64,000 nt of DNA from the human T2T-CHM13v2.0 reference genome, Homo sapiens, in the NCBI RefSeq assembly GCF_009914755.1, contig NC_060947.1; one strand, written 5' to 3'. The notes beneath the pieces were generated by a model, which saw nothing but the letters and a program-made list of their open reading frames with translations, was not told where the DNA came from and searched no databases. The translations under genes and the position numbers were made by a program. Below, one piece after another: positions 1 through 14,235 of this stretch (its first letter is position 1; each line of letters opens with the position of its first letter).

Positions 1-906
1 TTACACCTAAATCCAGATTAATTTAATACAGATCTTCTTAAAGTATTCAGTAATTCACTGGGCCATAAAATTTGCTTATTTAAAAAAAGTCTATGTAACC
101 TAAAAAACTATGCCTATATTTAGGCAACCATCTCAGAGATGTGTGTTCAGAGTAAAAGAAGGGGCTAATCTAGAGAATTTGGCTAGCTTTTGGGGGAAAA
201 AATCTCATGTGTGCTTAAGTCACAATGTAAAAAATGCATTTCAATGAGAGTGGTATTACAACATTTAACTGTATTCATACTGATGAGAATATCTCACAAC
301 TATCAAAATGAAAAAAACATTTTGTGGAATACATCTCAAAAATGCTTTGTGGAAAAACAGTAAAATATGATGCCATTGAAAACTGTTGGAAATACGATAA
401 ATATTTATAAATCTAACTTGTTAGGATATTAAATACCTGAAATGCAGGGAATTCAGAAACATTTGTTGTGAAATAAGACTTCCCAAGTAAAAGGACATCA
501 AAAATATCACGGAAGGTTAATTATAAACATGGACACCTCCCCACATGTATGGAATGTGAACCAAAAGATTAAGGGCAGTTTCCACTCATATACGAAAAAA
601 TAACAAGTCATGCATTTAAGCTTAAAGAACACCCCAATTAAAGACACAATTGAAAAACAAATGTATATATGAAGGGAAAATAAGGCCCCTAAGGAAGAGG
701 AATTGGAAGAAGGGGCCAAGGCAAGAGGATGAAAGTGCTCGGCGCTGGTCCCAGGTAAAGTTATGACTCTGGGCAGGTGGTCTGAGGATTGCCCATTTGC
801 AGCTCCATACCCATTTCCCTCTGACATCTCTCCCTGCCCACTCAGGCTCCTGCTCTGACCCTAGCGAAACCCTGCTTTTGGGTGAAAACCTCTAGATCAT
901 GCTCAC

Positions 907-956
907 CACAGTACAAAAACTAATCCAGCTCCATGGGCTCCTGGGAGTGGCTGGGG
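907..956 (-). other. Candidate small non-coding exon (copy A)
   Basis: Minus-strand acceptor CCCCTTCTCCCCTGCTTAG and donor TG|GTGAGC. Both are kept in copy B (49527-49577). No transcript evidence. Confidence 0.35.
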
Positions 957-1258
957 CTAAGCAGGGGAGAAGGGGAGGAAGATGGTGTGCCTCTTCATGG
1001 CTATCACACCAGTGAGTTCACTTAAAGGAGTCTGGTGCCCCTGGGAGAAGTTGCTGTATGATGCCTCCCCTCCCTTCCTAGATCTGAGTGGGGCTGTGCC
1101 TGGTGATGGCCCATCTCTGAAAAAAATGTACTGTTGAGAACAAACGCCAATTTTCTGGCTACGCTAATAAGAGCTAAGTGACGCAGTGGACAAAGCAATG
1201 ATGCTGTTCCTGGCTCAATCTCTCTCTTCGACAATGATAATTTGCCACATCAAGTTAC

Positions 1259-1324
1259 CTTCCCAGACACAAAGCATCAGAGGATTAGCTATTAAAAGAA
1301 AGACATTTTCTCGCTCATTACAGC
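1259..1324 (-). other. Candidate small non-coding exon (copy A)
   Basis: Acceptor CATTTTACATTGCAG and donor AAG|GTAACT. Copy B (49844-49909) has AAG|GTAAGT. Confidence 0.4.
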
Positions 1325-1449
1325 CTGCAATGTAAAATGTCCAGAAATACAAGGAGTCCTGTTTTCACCATTAAAGTAGAAATTATTTCCGGCAGCTTTG
1401 GGAGAAAATGCAATTATTTTCCTTCCTGTCACAGTGTTTTCAAACTCAC

Positions 1450-1519
1450 CTAGAGATGAGAGCACCCTATTAAAATGGACTCATTGTTCGAATGATGCCA
1501 GTGAATGCGCTTCTCTGAC
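1450..1519 (-). other. Candidate small non-coding exon (copy A)
   Basis: Acceptor TCTCCCACCCCCAG and consensus donor TAG|GTGAGT. Same splice sites in copy B (50035-50104). Confidence 0.4.
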
Positions 1520-2090
1520 CTGGGGGTGGGAGACTGGCTCCTGAGTCCTCACCCCTTGGGATTCAGGGTCACTAAGGGCAGAGGTAATTAGACAGTGCTG
1601 AGCCACTGCCACTTACATGCTAGTCACAGGAAGAGGAAACTTTTCAAGGAAGAAAGTGAGCAGTTCAGGTAGAGCCCACCCATTTTGCTAATAGCCAGAG
1701 CTCACATTGCCAGTTTGCTGCAGACTTTTTTGGTTGCTCTATTCCTGGAAGTCCAGTGGCTCCCTGCCCCTTGCGAAACCTCACAGTTTGGATCTGCTTA
1801 GCCATGGGTCTTTCTCCACTTGCCTGTTGCCACAGGGAAAGAAAGACACCCCTAACTCCATCTGCACTGAAACTGAGCTCATTGGCTTTGGGCAGAGCTC
1901 TCAACCAATTTGGCTGTTAAGCAAAGTTGCTCGAGGTGGCAGGTTGCCTCCCTGCAGGGTCCACTAGACTTTGTTCTTGTCACTGGGCTGGTCACAGTCT
2001 CAGTCTCTGACCCAGGTCCACTTGCTCTCTGTTCCTAAGAGGAACCCAGTGAGATCATGTCCCTATCTCAGTACAATCTCCTTCTCCGAA

Positions 2091-2178
2091 GTCAACATTC
2101 TGAAGATGACTTCGGAGAATGAAGATGACTTCGGAGATGACTTCAGAATGAAGAAGAGTCAACATTCTGAAGATGACT
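2091..2178. repeat. Local duplication with templated insert (GAAGATGACT-type units)
   Basis: 21-bp direct repeat GTCAACATTCTGAAGATGACT at 2091-2111 and 2158-2178. Paralog B has a single copy (~51548-51568). Confidence 0.85.
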
Positions 2179-2384
2179 AATTGACACCATCTGGCCTCAT
2201 GAGCTATCATATCACCATCCAAGATGAATATCCAGAATAAATGAGTAAGGAGAGCCCCCCCCGCCACCACCACGTCACATACCTTCTCACTATGTTTTCA
2301 CTTTAGTATTGCTTCTATAGTGCAATGGGAATTCACTGCTATAATATAAGCATACCACTGATGAACTCTGATTTATAATTATTT

Positions 2385-2690
2385 AAAGATTGTTCTTGTT
2401 TTGGAGTGGAAAACAGATTCAAATAGAAGGCAAGGGAAAATGAGAGCTTCAGTGGTTGGGGTATAGATAATAGTGTGAGAGAGGTAATAAGAGAGGAACA
2501 TAGAGAGACGTACAAGAGAAATTTTACGTGTAAATACGCAGTGTTTGTTAACGAATTTCAAATAAGGAGTAAAGGCAAAGGAGGGTAAAAAGATGACTCC
2601 CAGTTTTCTTGCTTGAATAACTTACTTCATGAGAGTTTCCTTGACTGAGATAGGGAAGACTAAACTTGAGAACAGAGTTTGGGGGTAAAT
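2385..2690 (-). mobile_element. Degraded L2-like fragment
   Basis: L2-like phrases (aagatgactcccagttttcttgcttg, actgagatagggaagac), heavily diverged. Confidence 0.4.
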
Positions 2691-3065
2691 CTGGAAGTTT
2701 CATGAAGCAAATCGCTTTCTGGCCATTCCTCTCCACTCTCTCCAACTCTCTGATTTGACCTGGTAGAAATCAAATCTACCCGGTCAACCTTATCTTGTTA
2801 AGGCCAGCCAAGCACGACTCAGTGTTCACAAAGGGTAGTTCTGTATTCTTATTTTAATGTGGACCCAGCATAGACTGTGAAAGGAATCGGTTACCGTACT
2901 GGTAATTCTTATACAATGGCAAATATCTTTTTTTTTTGAACATTTAAAAAACTATATTTACTTTTTAAAGGCAAAATGGTGACATTTTTGTATATACAAA
3001 GATAATTTGTCACCAACAGAAATATTCTGTAAAATATATTCAAGGAAGTTCTGCAAGAAGAAAAA

Positions 3066-3365
3066 TAGCTGGAGGTCATTATCCTTGCAGACTAACACAG
3101 GAACAGAAAACCAAATACCTCTTGTTCTCATTTTTATAAGTGGGAGCTAAATGATAAGAACACATAGACACATAGAGGGGAACAACAGACATTGGGCCTA
3201 TAGGAGGGTGGAGGGTAGATGGAGGGAGAGGATCAGGGAAAATAACTAATGGGTACTAGGCTTAATACCTAATAGTCTGTACAACAAACACTCCTTGATA
3301 CAAGTTTACCTATGTAACAAACCAGCACATGTACCCCTGATGTTAAAATAAAAGTTTTAAAAAAG
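3066..3365 (+). mobile_element. L1 3' end fragment (older L1PA/L1PB type)
   Basis: acaggaacagaaaaccaaatac ... gggtactaggcttaatacct ... aagtttacctatgtaacaaacc, followed by an A-rich end. Confidence 0.85.
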
Positions 3366-3404
3366 ACAAATGTCTTGATGCGAAATTGAACCTACCATCC
3401 ATAA

Positions 3405-3491
3405 ATTTTCTTTTTCCTTTTCGTTCGTTCTTTCCTTCCTTCCTTCCTTCCTTCCTTCACTCCCTCCCTCCGTCCCTCCCTCCCTTCTTTC

Positions 3492-3550
<59 letters not shown>

Positions 3551-3569
3551 CTTTCTTTCCTTCTTTCCT

Positions 3570-3640
<71 letters not shown>
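3405..3640. repeat. Compound (CTTC)n/(CTTT)n/(CT)n microsatellite derived from an Alu tail
   Basis: Seen directly. About 230 bp, almost purely pyrimidine, abutting the Alu 3' end. Confidence 0.95.
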
Positions 3641-3919
3641 GACAGGGTTTTGCTCTGTCACCCAGGCTGGAGTGCAGTGGTGCAATCTTGGCTTCCTGCA
3701 ACTTCTGCCTCCTGGGTTCAAGTGATTATTGTGCCTCAGCCTTCTGAGTTGCTGGGATTACAGGCACGCGCCACCACACCCAGCTGCTTTTTGTATTTTT
3801 AGTAGAGATGGTGTTTTGCCATGTTGGCCAGGCTGGTCTCAAGTTCCTGGCCTCAAGCAATCCTCACGCCTTGACCTCCCAAAGTGCTGTGATTATAGGA
3901 GTGAGCCACAGTGCCTGGA
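3640..3919 (-). mobile_element. Alu (AluJ/old S type)
   Basis: ctgtcacccaggctggagtgcagtgg ... cctcccaaagtgctg ... gtgagccac. Confidence 0.95.
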
Positions 3920-4124
3920 CCAGAAATTTTCAATTAGAAAATCACAGATGTGTAATTCATATATTTAGATGTTTGAGATTTTTCTCTTTCGATCCAGATA
4001 TTTCATATCCTGTTGACCACATCTTGAGCTCACCAAAGAAACTGAAGAATTGCGTGGTCATTCTAAAGACCACTTGGTGAGGTGAGGTTTTCTTCCTGGG
4101 ACTCTCATATAGCAAAAGATCGGA

Positions 4125-4560
4125 GTTATTTGACCACCTGCTTCATTGGTGATGCAAGTGCCAGAACCTTAGGCATCTGAGAACATTATTACACTTTTCC
4201 CTGTCAAGGGAGGATTTGTCATGGCTGTCATTCTTGAAGACATGTAATAAAAATGTCATGATCTGCTTCTGTCTTAAGAGAGAGACAAAGCCTAGGTTGC
4301 CATGACACCAAACAATTTAATAACAAGTGGAAATTTCAATCAATCCATTGATCAGTCAATCCTTTCATTTCCAGAAGGAACAGACAATATATCCAGAATA
4401 ATATGCCTTTTTTAATATCTTGAAAGGACAACCAAAACATTTTCATCAACTTTCCATACAATGTTACAAATCACTGAAGCAATTATCCTTCCAGTTTTTC
4501 ATTTAACTGGATAGTTCAAACAAAAATGTTAATTTTGTTGAAATGAGTTGACACATGTTC
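4125..4560. repeat. Tandem duplication copy A, distal diverged block (paralog of ~60595-61020)
   Basis: Colinear matches: gttatttgac, tcattcttga..aaaatgtcatg, ttgc(c/t)atgacacc(a/t)aacaa, tcatttaactg. About 70% by eye. Confidence 0.75.
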
Positions 4561-5814
4561 TGAAATCCCCATATCACCTGACACCTCTGGGCAATTTAAG
4601 TTGCTTTCATATTTCAAGCTCATAATACTAATGGAAATCATACCTACAATAACATAGATTAACTTTCAGCCCATAAGAACACAGCTTCCCATCACTGATA
4701 AATAGGGTATAAGAATAATGACTGTAGGACATGTGTGTGAGTTGTAACTCCTGCCATGTACATTTTTTTTTGTATTGAGTCAGTCATAGACTCTTTTCAT
4801 CCCTTTTGGGAAACAGTATAAATTTGTGAAATGCTTTTGTGGAGTAAGAGTAAGTTGGTGGTCGGCATAATGAATGGCTGTGATGTCAAGGCCAGGATCT
4901 GTTTGTCCACCAATCTTTCCTACTCCTAGATCAGTCTATTTATCTATTATTATATCGCTGAAAGTTGTTTGAAGCAGATTACAGAGCTAAACATAATGCA
5001 AGATACACATAAAGACATGAGTGAGGTTAATATGCAAGTTTATATAACAATCTATGTACAATGGTAAGAAATGACCCACAAATTTAGCTTGGATCTACAC
5101 AGTAGCAAAAGCAAAGGGGCAAATACAATTAGAGACAAGAGCCCCAGTGTTCACAAAAGTATTATGAAACAAAATTTTCATCGGAAACAGTTTTCCTGGT
5201 ATAAAATGCGGGGAGAAATTTGTGTGGTAGGTCTTTAGAAAATTGGAAAATGTGTCATAGAGAACAATCCTCAAAAGCATTCTGCCAGTAAAGTACAATA
5301 AGTAGCTAGTTTCTTGGAATCGTTTTAATGATATACTTCAGTGTAGGCTGAGAGTATATGTCAAAGGGTAATTTCATTAAAGTAATTCTAAGAAAAGACA
5401 AAATACTGTGGTCTAAATATACATCCCTCTGATGATTCAGTTTGATTGCTAAAATACAAATCTGGAGAGGCAAACGTAATATATTTCATTTAAGCTACTA
5501 TACATATCACTTTTCCCTCTCACACCTCAATTTTAGGTAAGATATGAACAGCAAAAATTAAGACTGTAGTCTCTGATGACCAATTGAGCTAAAGATTTTC
5601 CAGGTTGCCAATTAAGGACCACCTCTTAAATGTTAATAGTTTCCTAACTAGCTTTGAAGTAGCTATCATGTCATGAAAATTACGTAGATTACTTAATTAT
5701 TTCTGAATGGATGGCCACATATTGCATATTCTCCAAAATATAAGCAAATGGGCTGACAAAGTCCCAAAGTTCTATGACATAGCCCAATATATTTCTCTTA
5801 ATTTAAAAAAAAAT

Positions 5815-7367
5815 AACCTGTACCATTCCGTGGTTTTAAATATATTCACGAGGTTGTGTGACCATCACCAGTATTTAATTTGACAGTATTTTCATCAACC
5901 CAAAAGCCACCCCAGACACATTAGCAGTCATTCTTTATTCCGCCCATCCTTCCAGCCATTAATCTACTTTCTGTCTCTATAGATCTACCTATTCTGGACA
6001 CTTCATATAAATGAAAGAATATAATATCTTGATTTTTGTGACTGACATCTCATAGTATTCACACGTATTCAAGGTTTATACATCTTGTAGCATACACCAG
6101 TAATTCATTTCTTTTTATGGCTGAATAATATGCCATTATATGGATATACCAAATTTTGTTGATCCATTCATCACTTGATGGACATTTTGATTTTTCCCAA
6201 TAACTAATATTATTATGATTAATACTACTATAAACATTCATGCACAAATTTTTCTGTGAACATATGTTTTAAATTATTTTGTGTATATACCTAGAAGTGT
6301 AGTTGCTGAGTCCCGTGATAACTTTCTGTTTGACTTTTTGGGGAACTGTCAAACTATATTCTAAAGTAAATGCACCATTTAATATTTCCACCAAAAATGT
6401 ACTGGGTTCCAATTTCTCCACTCTTGCTACCAAATGTTATTGTCTGTCTTGTTATTATAGTCATTCTAGTAGGTGTGAAGTGGTATCTTGTGGTTTTTAT
6501 TTGCACATCCCTAATGGCCAATGATGTTTAGCATCATTTCTTGTGCTTACTAGCCATTCACATATCTTCTTCAGAAAAATGTCTACTGAAATCTTTGGCT
6601 TATTTATTTTAAGAGACAGAGACAGGATCTCACTCTGTTGCCCAGGCTGGAGTGTAGTGGCATGATCATACCTCACTGTAATCTCAAACTCCTGGGCTCA
6701 AGTGATTTTTCCACTTCAGCCTCCGTAATAGCCAAGACTACAGATGTGTGACACCACACCTGGCTAATTTTTTAATTTTTTGTAGGAGACGAGATCTCCC
6801 AATGTTATCCAGGCTAGTCTCAAACTCCTGCTTTGCCCATTTTTTTATTTTAGTTTTTATTTAAGCTTCAGGGGCACATGGACTGGTTTGTTATATAGGT
6901 AAACTCGTGTCATGGGGGTTTGGATGGCCCATTTTTAATTGGGGTATTTATCTTTTTATTATTGAGTTGCAAAAATTCTTTACATATTCTGAATACAAAT
7001 TCCTTTTCAGATATATAATCTGTTAATATTTTCTTCCAGCCTATTCATTGTCTTTTCACATTCTTGATAGTATTCTTTGAAGCATAGCTCCAACTTTGAC
7101 AAAATGGAATTTATCTTTTTGTTGTTGTTATTGTTGTTGCTAGTGTTTTCAGGGTAATGTCTAACAAACCATTGCCTAACCTAAGGTGATGAAGATCTAC
7201 ACCTAGGTTTTTATTTAAGACACCTAGGTTTTATACTTTTAGCTTTTATAATAAGGCTTTTGATCTCATTTGAGTTAATTTTTGTATATGGTGTGAGGTA
7301 AGAGTCCAACATCATTCTTTTGCACGTAGATATCCAGTTGTTCCAGAACCAGTTATTGAAAGACTAC
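5815..7367 (-). mobile_element. Old L1M (L1MB-like) 3' region
   Basis: Antisense L1 3' UTR/ORF2 end. ORF 6059..6247 gives [28 protein letters not shown]. Confidence 0.85.
6605..6830 (-). mobile_element. AluJ-type fragment
   Basis: ctcactctgttgcccaggctggagtgtagtggcatgatcata ... ctcctgggctcaagtg. Confidence 0.9.
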
Positions 7368-9447
<2,080 letters not shown>

Positions 9448-9614
9448 TTGAAATCTAAAAAGGTAAGCCTCTAACCTTGTTCTTTTTCAGGTTGTTTTGG
9501 TTGTTGTCGTCCCCTTGTACTTCCATGTGAATTTTAGATCAGCTTTCCAATTTCTGAAAAACTGGTAGGTGAAATTTGATAAGTACTGTGCTGAATCTGC
9601 AGATCAGTTTGTGA

Positions 9615-9924
<310 letters not shown>

Positions 9925-10198
9925 TTAATATTAATATTAAGTCTTGCAATTCATGAACCATTTATTTAGGTCTTTTAACATTTCTTTTGGTGATATCTTA
10001 CAGTTTTTAGTATATAACTCTTACACATATTTTAAAAATTACTCCTAACTATTGTATTCTTTTGATACTATTGCAAATGAAATTGTTCTTATTTTGCTTT
10101 TGGATTTTTATTGCTAGTGTATAAATATACAATTGATTTTGTATATTGATGTTGATAGTCATAACCTTGCTGATCTTGTTTACTAGCTTTACTAGTTT

Positions 10199-10245
10199 AT
10201 GTGTGTGTGTGTGTGTGTGCGCGCGTGCGCGCGCGCATGCGCGTA
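10199..10245. repeat. (TG)n-(CG)n alternating purine-pyrimidine tract
   Basis: atgtgtgtgtgtgtgtgtgtgcgcgcgtgcgcgcgcgcatgcgcgta. Confidence 0.95.
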
Positions 10246-13200
10246 TTCCTTAGTATTTGCTATATAGATTATATTGTTCGTGAATAGAGTAGTTTTGCTT
10301 CCTCTTTTCCAATCTGGATGAGTTTTATTTAATTTTCTTGTCTGAATGCCATGGCTAGAATCTAGACTACAATGTTGAATAGAAGTAGTGAGAAGGAACA
10401 TCCTTGTCTTCCTGATCTCATGGGAAAAGCTTTCACTCTTTGATCATTAAGTATGATGTTAGCTATGGGTTTTTTGTAATGACCTTTATTAGGTTAAATA
10501 ACGTTCCTTTCTATTATTATTTTGTTTTATTATGAAAGGCTGTCGAATTTTGTCAAATACTTTTGCTGTGTCTATTGAGATGATTCTATGATTTTTTGGT
10601 CCTTTATTCTTTGAATATGGTATACTATGTTGATTTATTTTCATATGTTGAAACACTCTTGTATTTATACAGTAAGCCTAACTTGGAATGATACATAATC
10701 CTTTTTGGTATTGCCAAATTTGGTTTGCTAGTATTATGATGAAAATTGTTTCATCCATATTCATAAGTGTTATTATTAGTCAGTAGTTTTCTTTTTTATG
10801 ATGTGTCGTGTCTGCTTTAAAACCAGTGTGATACTCCCCTCAGAATAAGTTGGACAATCCCTCCTCTTCTACTTTTTGCAGAATTTGTCAAGGATTTATG
10901 TTAATTTTTCTTTAACGGCTTGGAAGAATTCACCTGTGAAGGCACTAAGCTTGGGATTTTCCTTATGGATAGTTAATTGATTGCTATTCATTGTAAGTCT
11001 ATTCATATTTTCTATTTCTTCTTGAGTGAGTTTCAGTAGTTTGTACTTTTCTATTAATTTGTCCTTTTAATCTAGGTTATGTAACTTGCTGGTGTACAAT
11101 TGTTAATAGTATCCTCTACTAATTATTTTCATTTCTGTAAGGTTACTAGTAATGCCACCCCTCTAATTCATGATTTTAGAAGTTTTCTCTTTTCTTGGCC
11201 TGTACACTAAACTTTTGTCAATTTTGTAATATTTTTGAAGAATCAACTTTTGGTGTCATTGATTTTCCTCTTTTGCTTTTCTATTGTCTATTTCATTTAC
11301 TTCTGTATATTCTTTATTATTTCCTTTCTTCTGCTTGCTATGGGTTTAGTTTGCTCTTCTTTCTCTACTTTCTTAAAGTAGAAGTTTGGGTTATTAATTT
11401 GAGGTTCTTCTTTGTTAATATGGAGATTTACAACCTTAAAATTCTAAATACAACTTTAGCTGCATCATATAATTTTGGCAGGTTGTGCTTTTGTTTTTAT
11501 TCGTCTCAAAGTGTTTTCTGATTTCCTTTGTGACTTTTTTTCTTTGGTCTATTGGAAAGAGACTGTGTCATTCAATCTCTACGTATTTTTAATTTATAAA
11601 CTTTTTTGCTATTGAGTTCTAATTTCATTCAATGGTGATCAGAGAACTTCATATTACTGCAGTATTTTTAAACTTGGTGAAACTTTTTTTATTGGTTAGC
11701 ATATAATCTATCCTGGATGCTGTTTGATATGCACTTGAAAATATTCTGTTTTCTGTTCTTGTTGTGTGGAGGGATCCATAGATATCTGCTAGGAATAGCT
11801 GTTTTGTTGTGTTTCAAGTCTTCTCTTTCTTTACTTTCTGTACAGTTGTTGAATTTATTATTGAAAGTAGACTATCGAAGTCTCCAACTTTTATTTTTAA
11901 ATTGTCTGTTTCTCCCTTCAATTTTGTCAGTTTTTGCTTCATTTATTTTGGGGCCCTATTAAGTGTACATATACTTACAATCACTATGTCTTCTTGGTGG
12001 ATTGATCTTCTTATCATTATAAAATGTCCTTCCTCATTTCTAGTAACAATTTTCATATTAAAGCCTATTTTTTCTGTGAACATTTTCATAGTGTACCCAT
12101 TCTAGTTTGATTATTGTTTGTGTAGGGTGTCTTTATCCCCTTTTTACTTTTGACTTATTTGTGTTTTTGATTTAAGATGTGTGTGTGGTGCGGGTACTCT
12201 TTACATGCTCTGGCAGCCAGTTTACAACATTTCTTTACCTTTTAATTTCATACTTGTGCAGAGCTTTCAGGTCTGCCAGAAGTGTAAGTTTAGGGCCTTC
12301 TTAGTCTTCCCTGGGCATGGACACGGTTCTACACATGCATATGATCTTCTAGAATTCTAGGAATATATAGGAGCTTTTGGATGCCCTGCGACCCAGTTTT
12401 TCCTTTTAAGACTTTTGATCAGCTTTTCATTTGCCCCAATTTATATAATCATCTCAAGCAGTAGCAATGTTAAACAATTGGTATTGGTTGTTTTCAACAA
12501 TTGTCTTGTGTACGATGCTGTTCACACAGAGGTGTCTTTGAGTCAGATCAAATAAAGAAAAAGCCTGTGGGTAAAACTTTTCAAAGAGCTGCAAGAAAGT
12601 CCAAATAGTGAAATCTCCCCTAGAATTGAACTTTTAGAGAAATCCAAAACCTTTCTCTATCCCTCCAGTTACTTTTAGGCTGCTGCTTATTACACCTACC
12701 ATGATCATGAGACTGTTGATTTTCAAGACTACAGAGAAATTAGAGAAAAGGGAATGTGACCAAGGTAAGTTAAAATGGCACAAACATTACTATTCTTAAT
12801 GACATTCTTCTATCTTTTATTCTTCTTTTTTCTCATGTGGCAAATCCTCAGATGAGCAATAATCTTCATTTTATAATGCAATTTGAGGGCTTCTATTTTC
12901 CAATCTGACATGTAAGTAATCACTCCCGTCCGCACAATAAGAAAAAAGCTGAACAAACTAAAATCAACAGCTCTTCTTAGATCCATAAGAGCACTGATAT
13001 CACAGGACAAATCAATAATCCCAAAATTAGAGAGCCAGGCAAGCAGATACAGAGAATCCCAGCTTACTGGAGCAGAAATCTCCATGGGAACTAGTACTGG
13101 GGCAGATAATCTTAAACTGTAATTAGTGAACTACTGGAGACTCAGTGTAAGTATGTTTGAGAATGAAAAATTCACAGGGCTAAGTCCTTGTTGAGGGGTC

Positions 13201-13545
13201 GGGGGCACACTTTTGTAAATTTTACAGTTACAAGCCCTACCATGTGCTCACAGTGAAGATCTGAGAAAAATTCACTTGTGCCTCTGGCAGGGACAGGAGA
13301 AAAGTCATTTTATAATATTCCCAGAGCATTTTGTTCTTTTTAACAAGGCCAACCTTCAAGGAAAACTATTTTTCTAAAGCTTAACCGATTGGAGATTTAC
13401 CAGAAACTAACCAAACTGGGGGAAAGGAAATATCCAACTTAATCCCCACCTAGACACTCTGTCTCACCTAAAGAAGGTAGGACTAACTGAAAATCAATTT
13501 TGAAGGTCAAATTCCAGAGACACTGGCTCACTAAAAGACTGAGAT

Positions 13546-13895
13546 TGCTATGGTCTGAATGTTCGTGTCTCCTCCAGATTCATATGTTGACACCTAACCC
13601 TCAAGGTAATAGTATTAAGAGGTAGGGCTTTGGGAGGTGACTAGGTCATAAGGACTCTTGCCTGATGGATGGGATTAATAATTTAATTGTTTAAAGTTAA
13701 AAGGAGCTTGTTTGTCCCTTCTGCCATGTAAAGACACAGCTAGAAGATGCCCTCTGTGAGTGCACCCTCACCATACACTGAACCTGTTAGCAAGTTGATG
13801 TTGTACTTCCCGGTCTACAGAACTGTGAGCAACACATTTCTGTTGTTTATAAATTACCCAGTCTAAGGTATTTGCAGCCCAAATGGACTAAGACA
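13546..13895 (+). mobile_element. MaLR solo LTR (MLT1A-like)
   Basis: tgctatggtctgaatgtt ... ttgtttataaattacccagtct ... gactaagaca. Confidence 0.85.
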
Positions 13896-14235
13896 TACTC
13901 AGGATTATACCAAACTTTGCCTCCATTCACACTTTACCTCCACATCAATAGGGTTAGTGCATATTTACAGAGAACTACAATGGAAAGAACTACATGTCAC
14001 AGACCTTATTTTAAAAGTCTCTAGAGAAGTCCAAAGATAATAGGAGCCACAAAAACAAAGATGCTAAATAAAATTTGAGCCTCTGACATTTACAGCTCCA
14101 GAAAACGGTTAATACAACCTGACTCCTATCAAGATAAATATCAAAGCTCACACTAAAGGCCGGTTTACCTTAGCTCCTTTAAGCAAGTACATCATATTCA
14201 GCTTTCAACAAAAAATTACAAGGCATACTTCAAAA

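Larger units (their letters stand above)
330..2380. repeat. Tandem duplication copy A, proximal block (paralog of ~48955-51770, same orientation)
   Basis: Long shared strings, e.g. 1125-1560 is nearly identical to 49710-50145. ORFs 507..827 and 1022..1234 have near-identical twins at 49229..49447 and 49625..49819. Confidence 0.95.

Noticed and set aside
729-760. Plus-strand ATG with donor (MKVLGAGP|gtaaag) as a first coding exon
   Set aside because: Single weak signal with no downstream coding exon. Most strong splice signals here are on the minus strand.
507-827. Duplicated ORF MSEGNGYGAANG as a conserved gene
   Set aside because: The paralog ends at a different point (72 vs 106 aa) and has no recognisable domain. 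Similarity is explained by DNA-level identity.
1490-1520. Possible C/D-box snoRNA (ATGATG...CTGA)
   Set aside because: Imperfect C box, too short, no terminal stem.
2091-2178. CRISPR-like or acidic coding repeat
   Set aside because: Eukaryotic context, no spacers, absent from the paralog; it is a local templated duplication.
3357-3802. Long Lys/Glu/Arg-rich and Phe/Leu/Ser-rich ORFs
   Set aside because: Translations of a microsatellite plus Alu.
5705-5730. QYVAI on the minus strand resembling the olfactory receptor DRYVAIC motif
   Set aside because: No other OR motifs or transmembrane frame nearby; probably chance.
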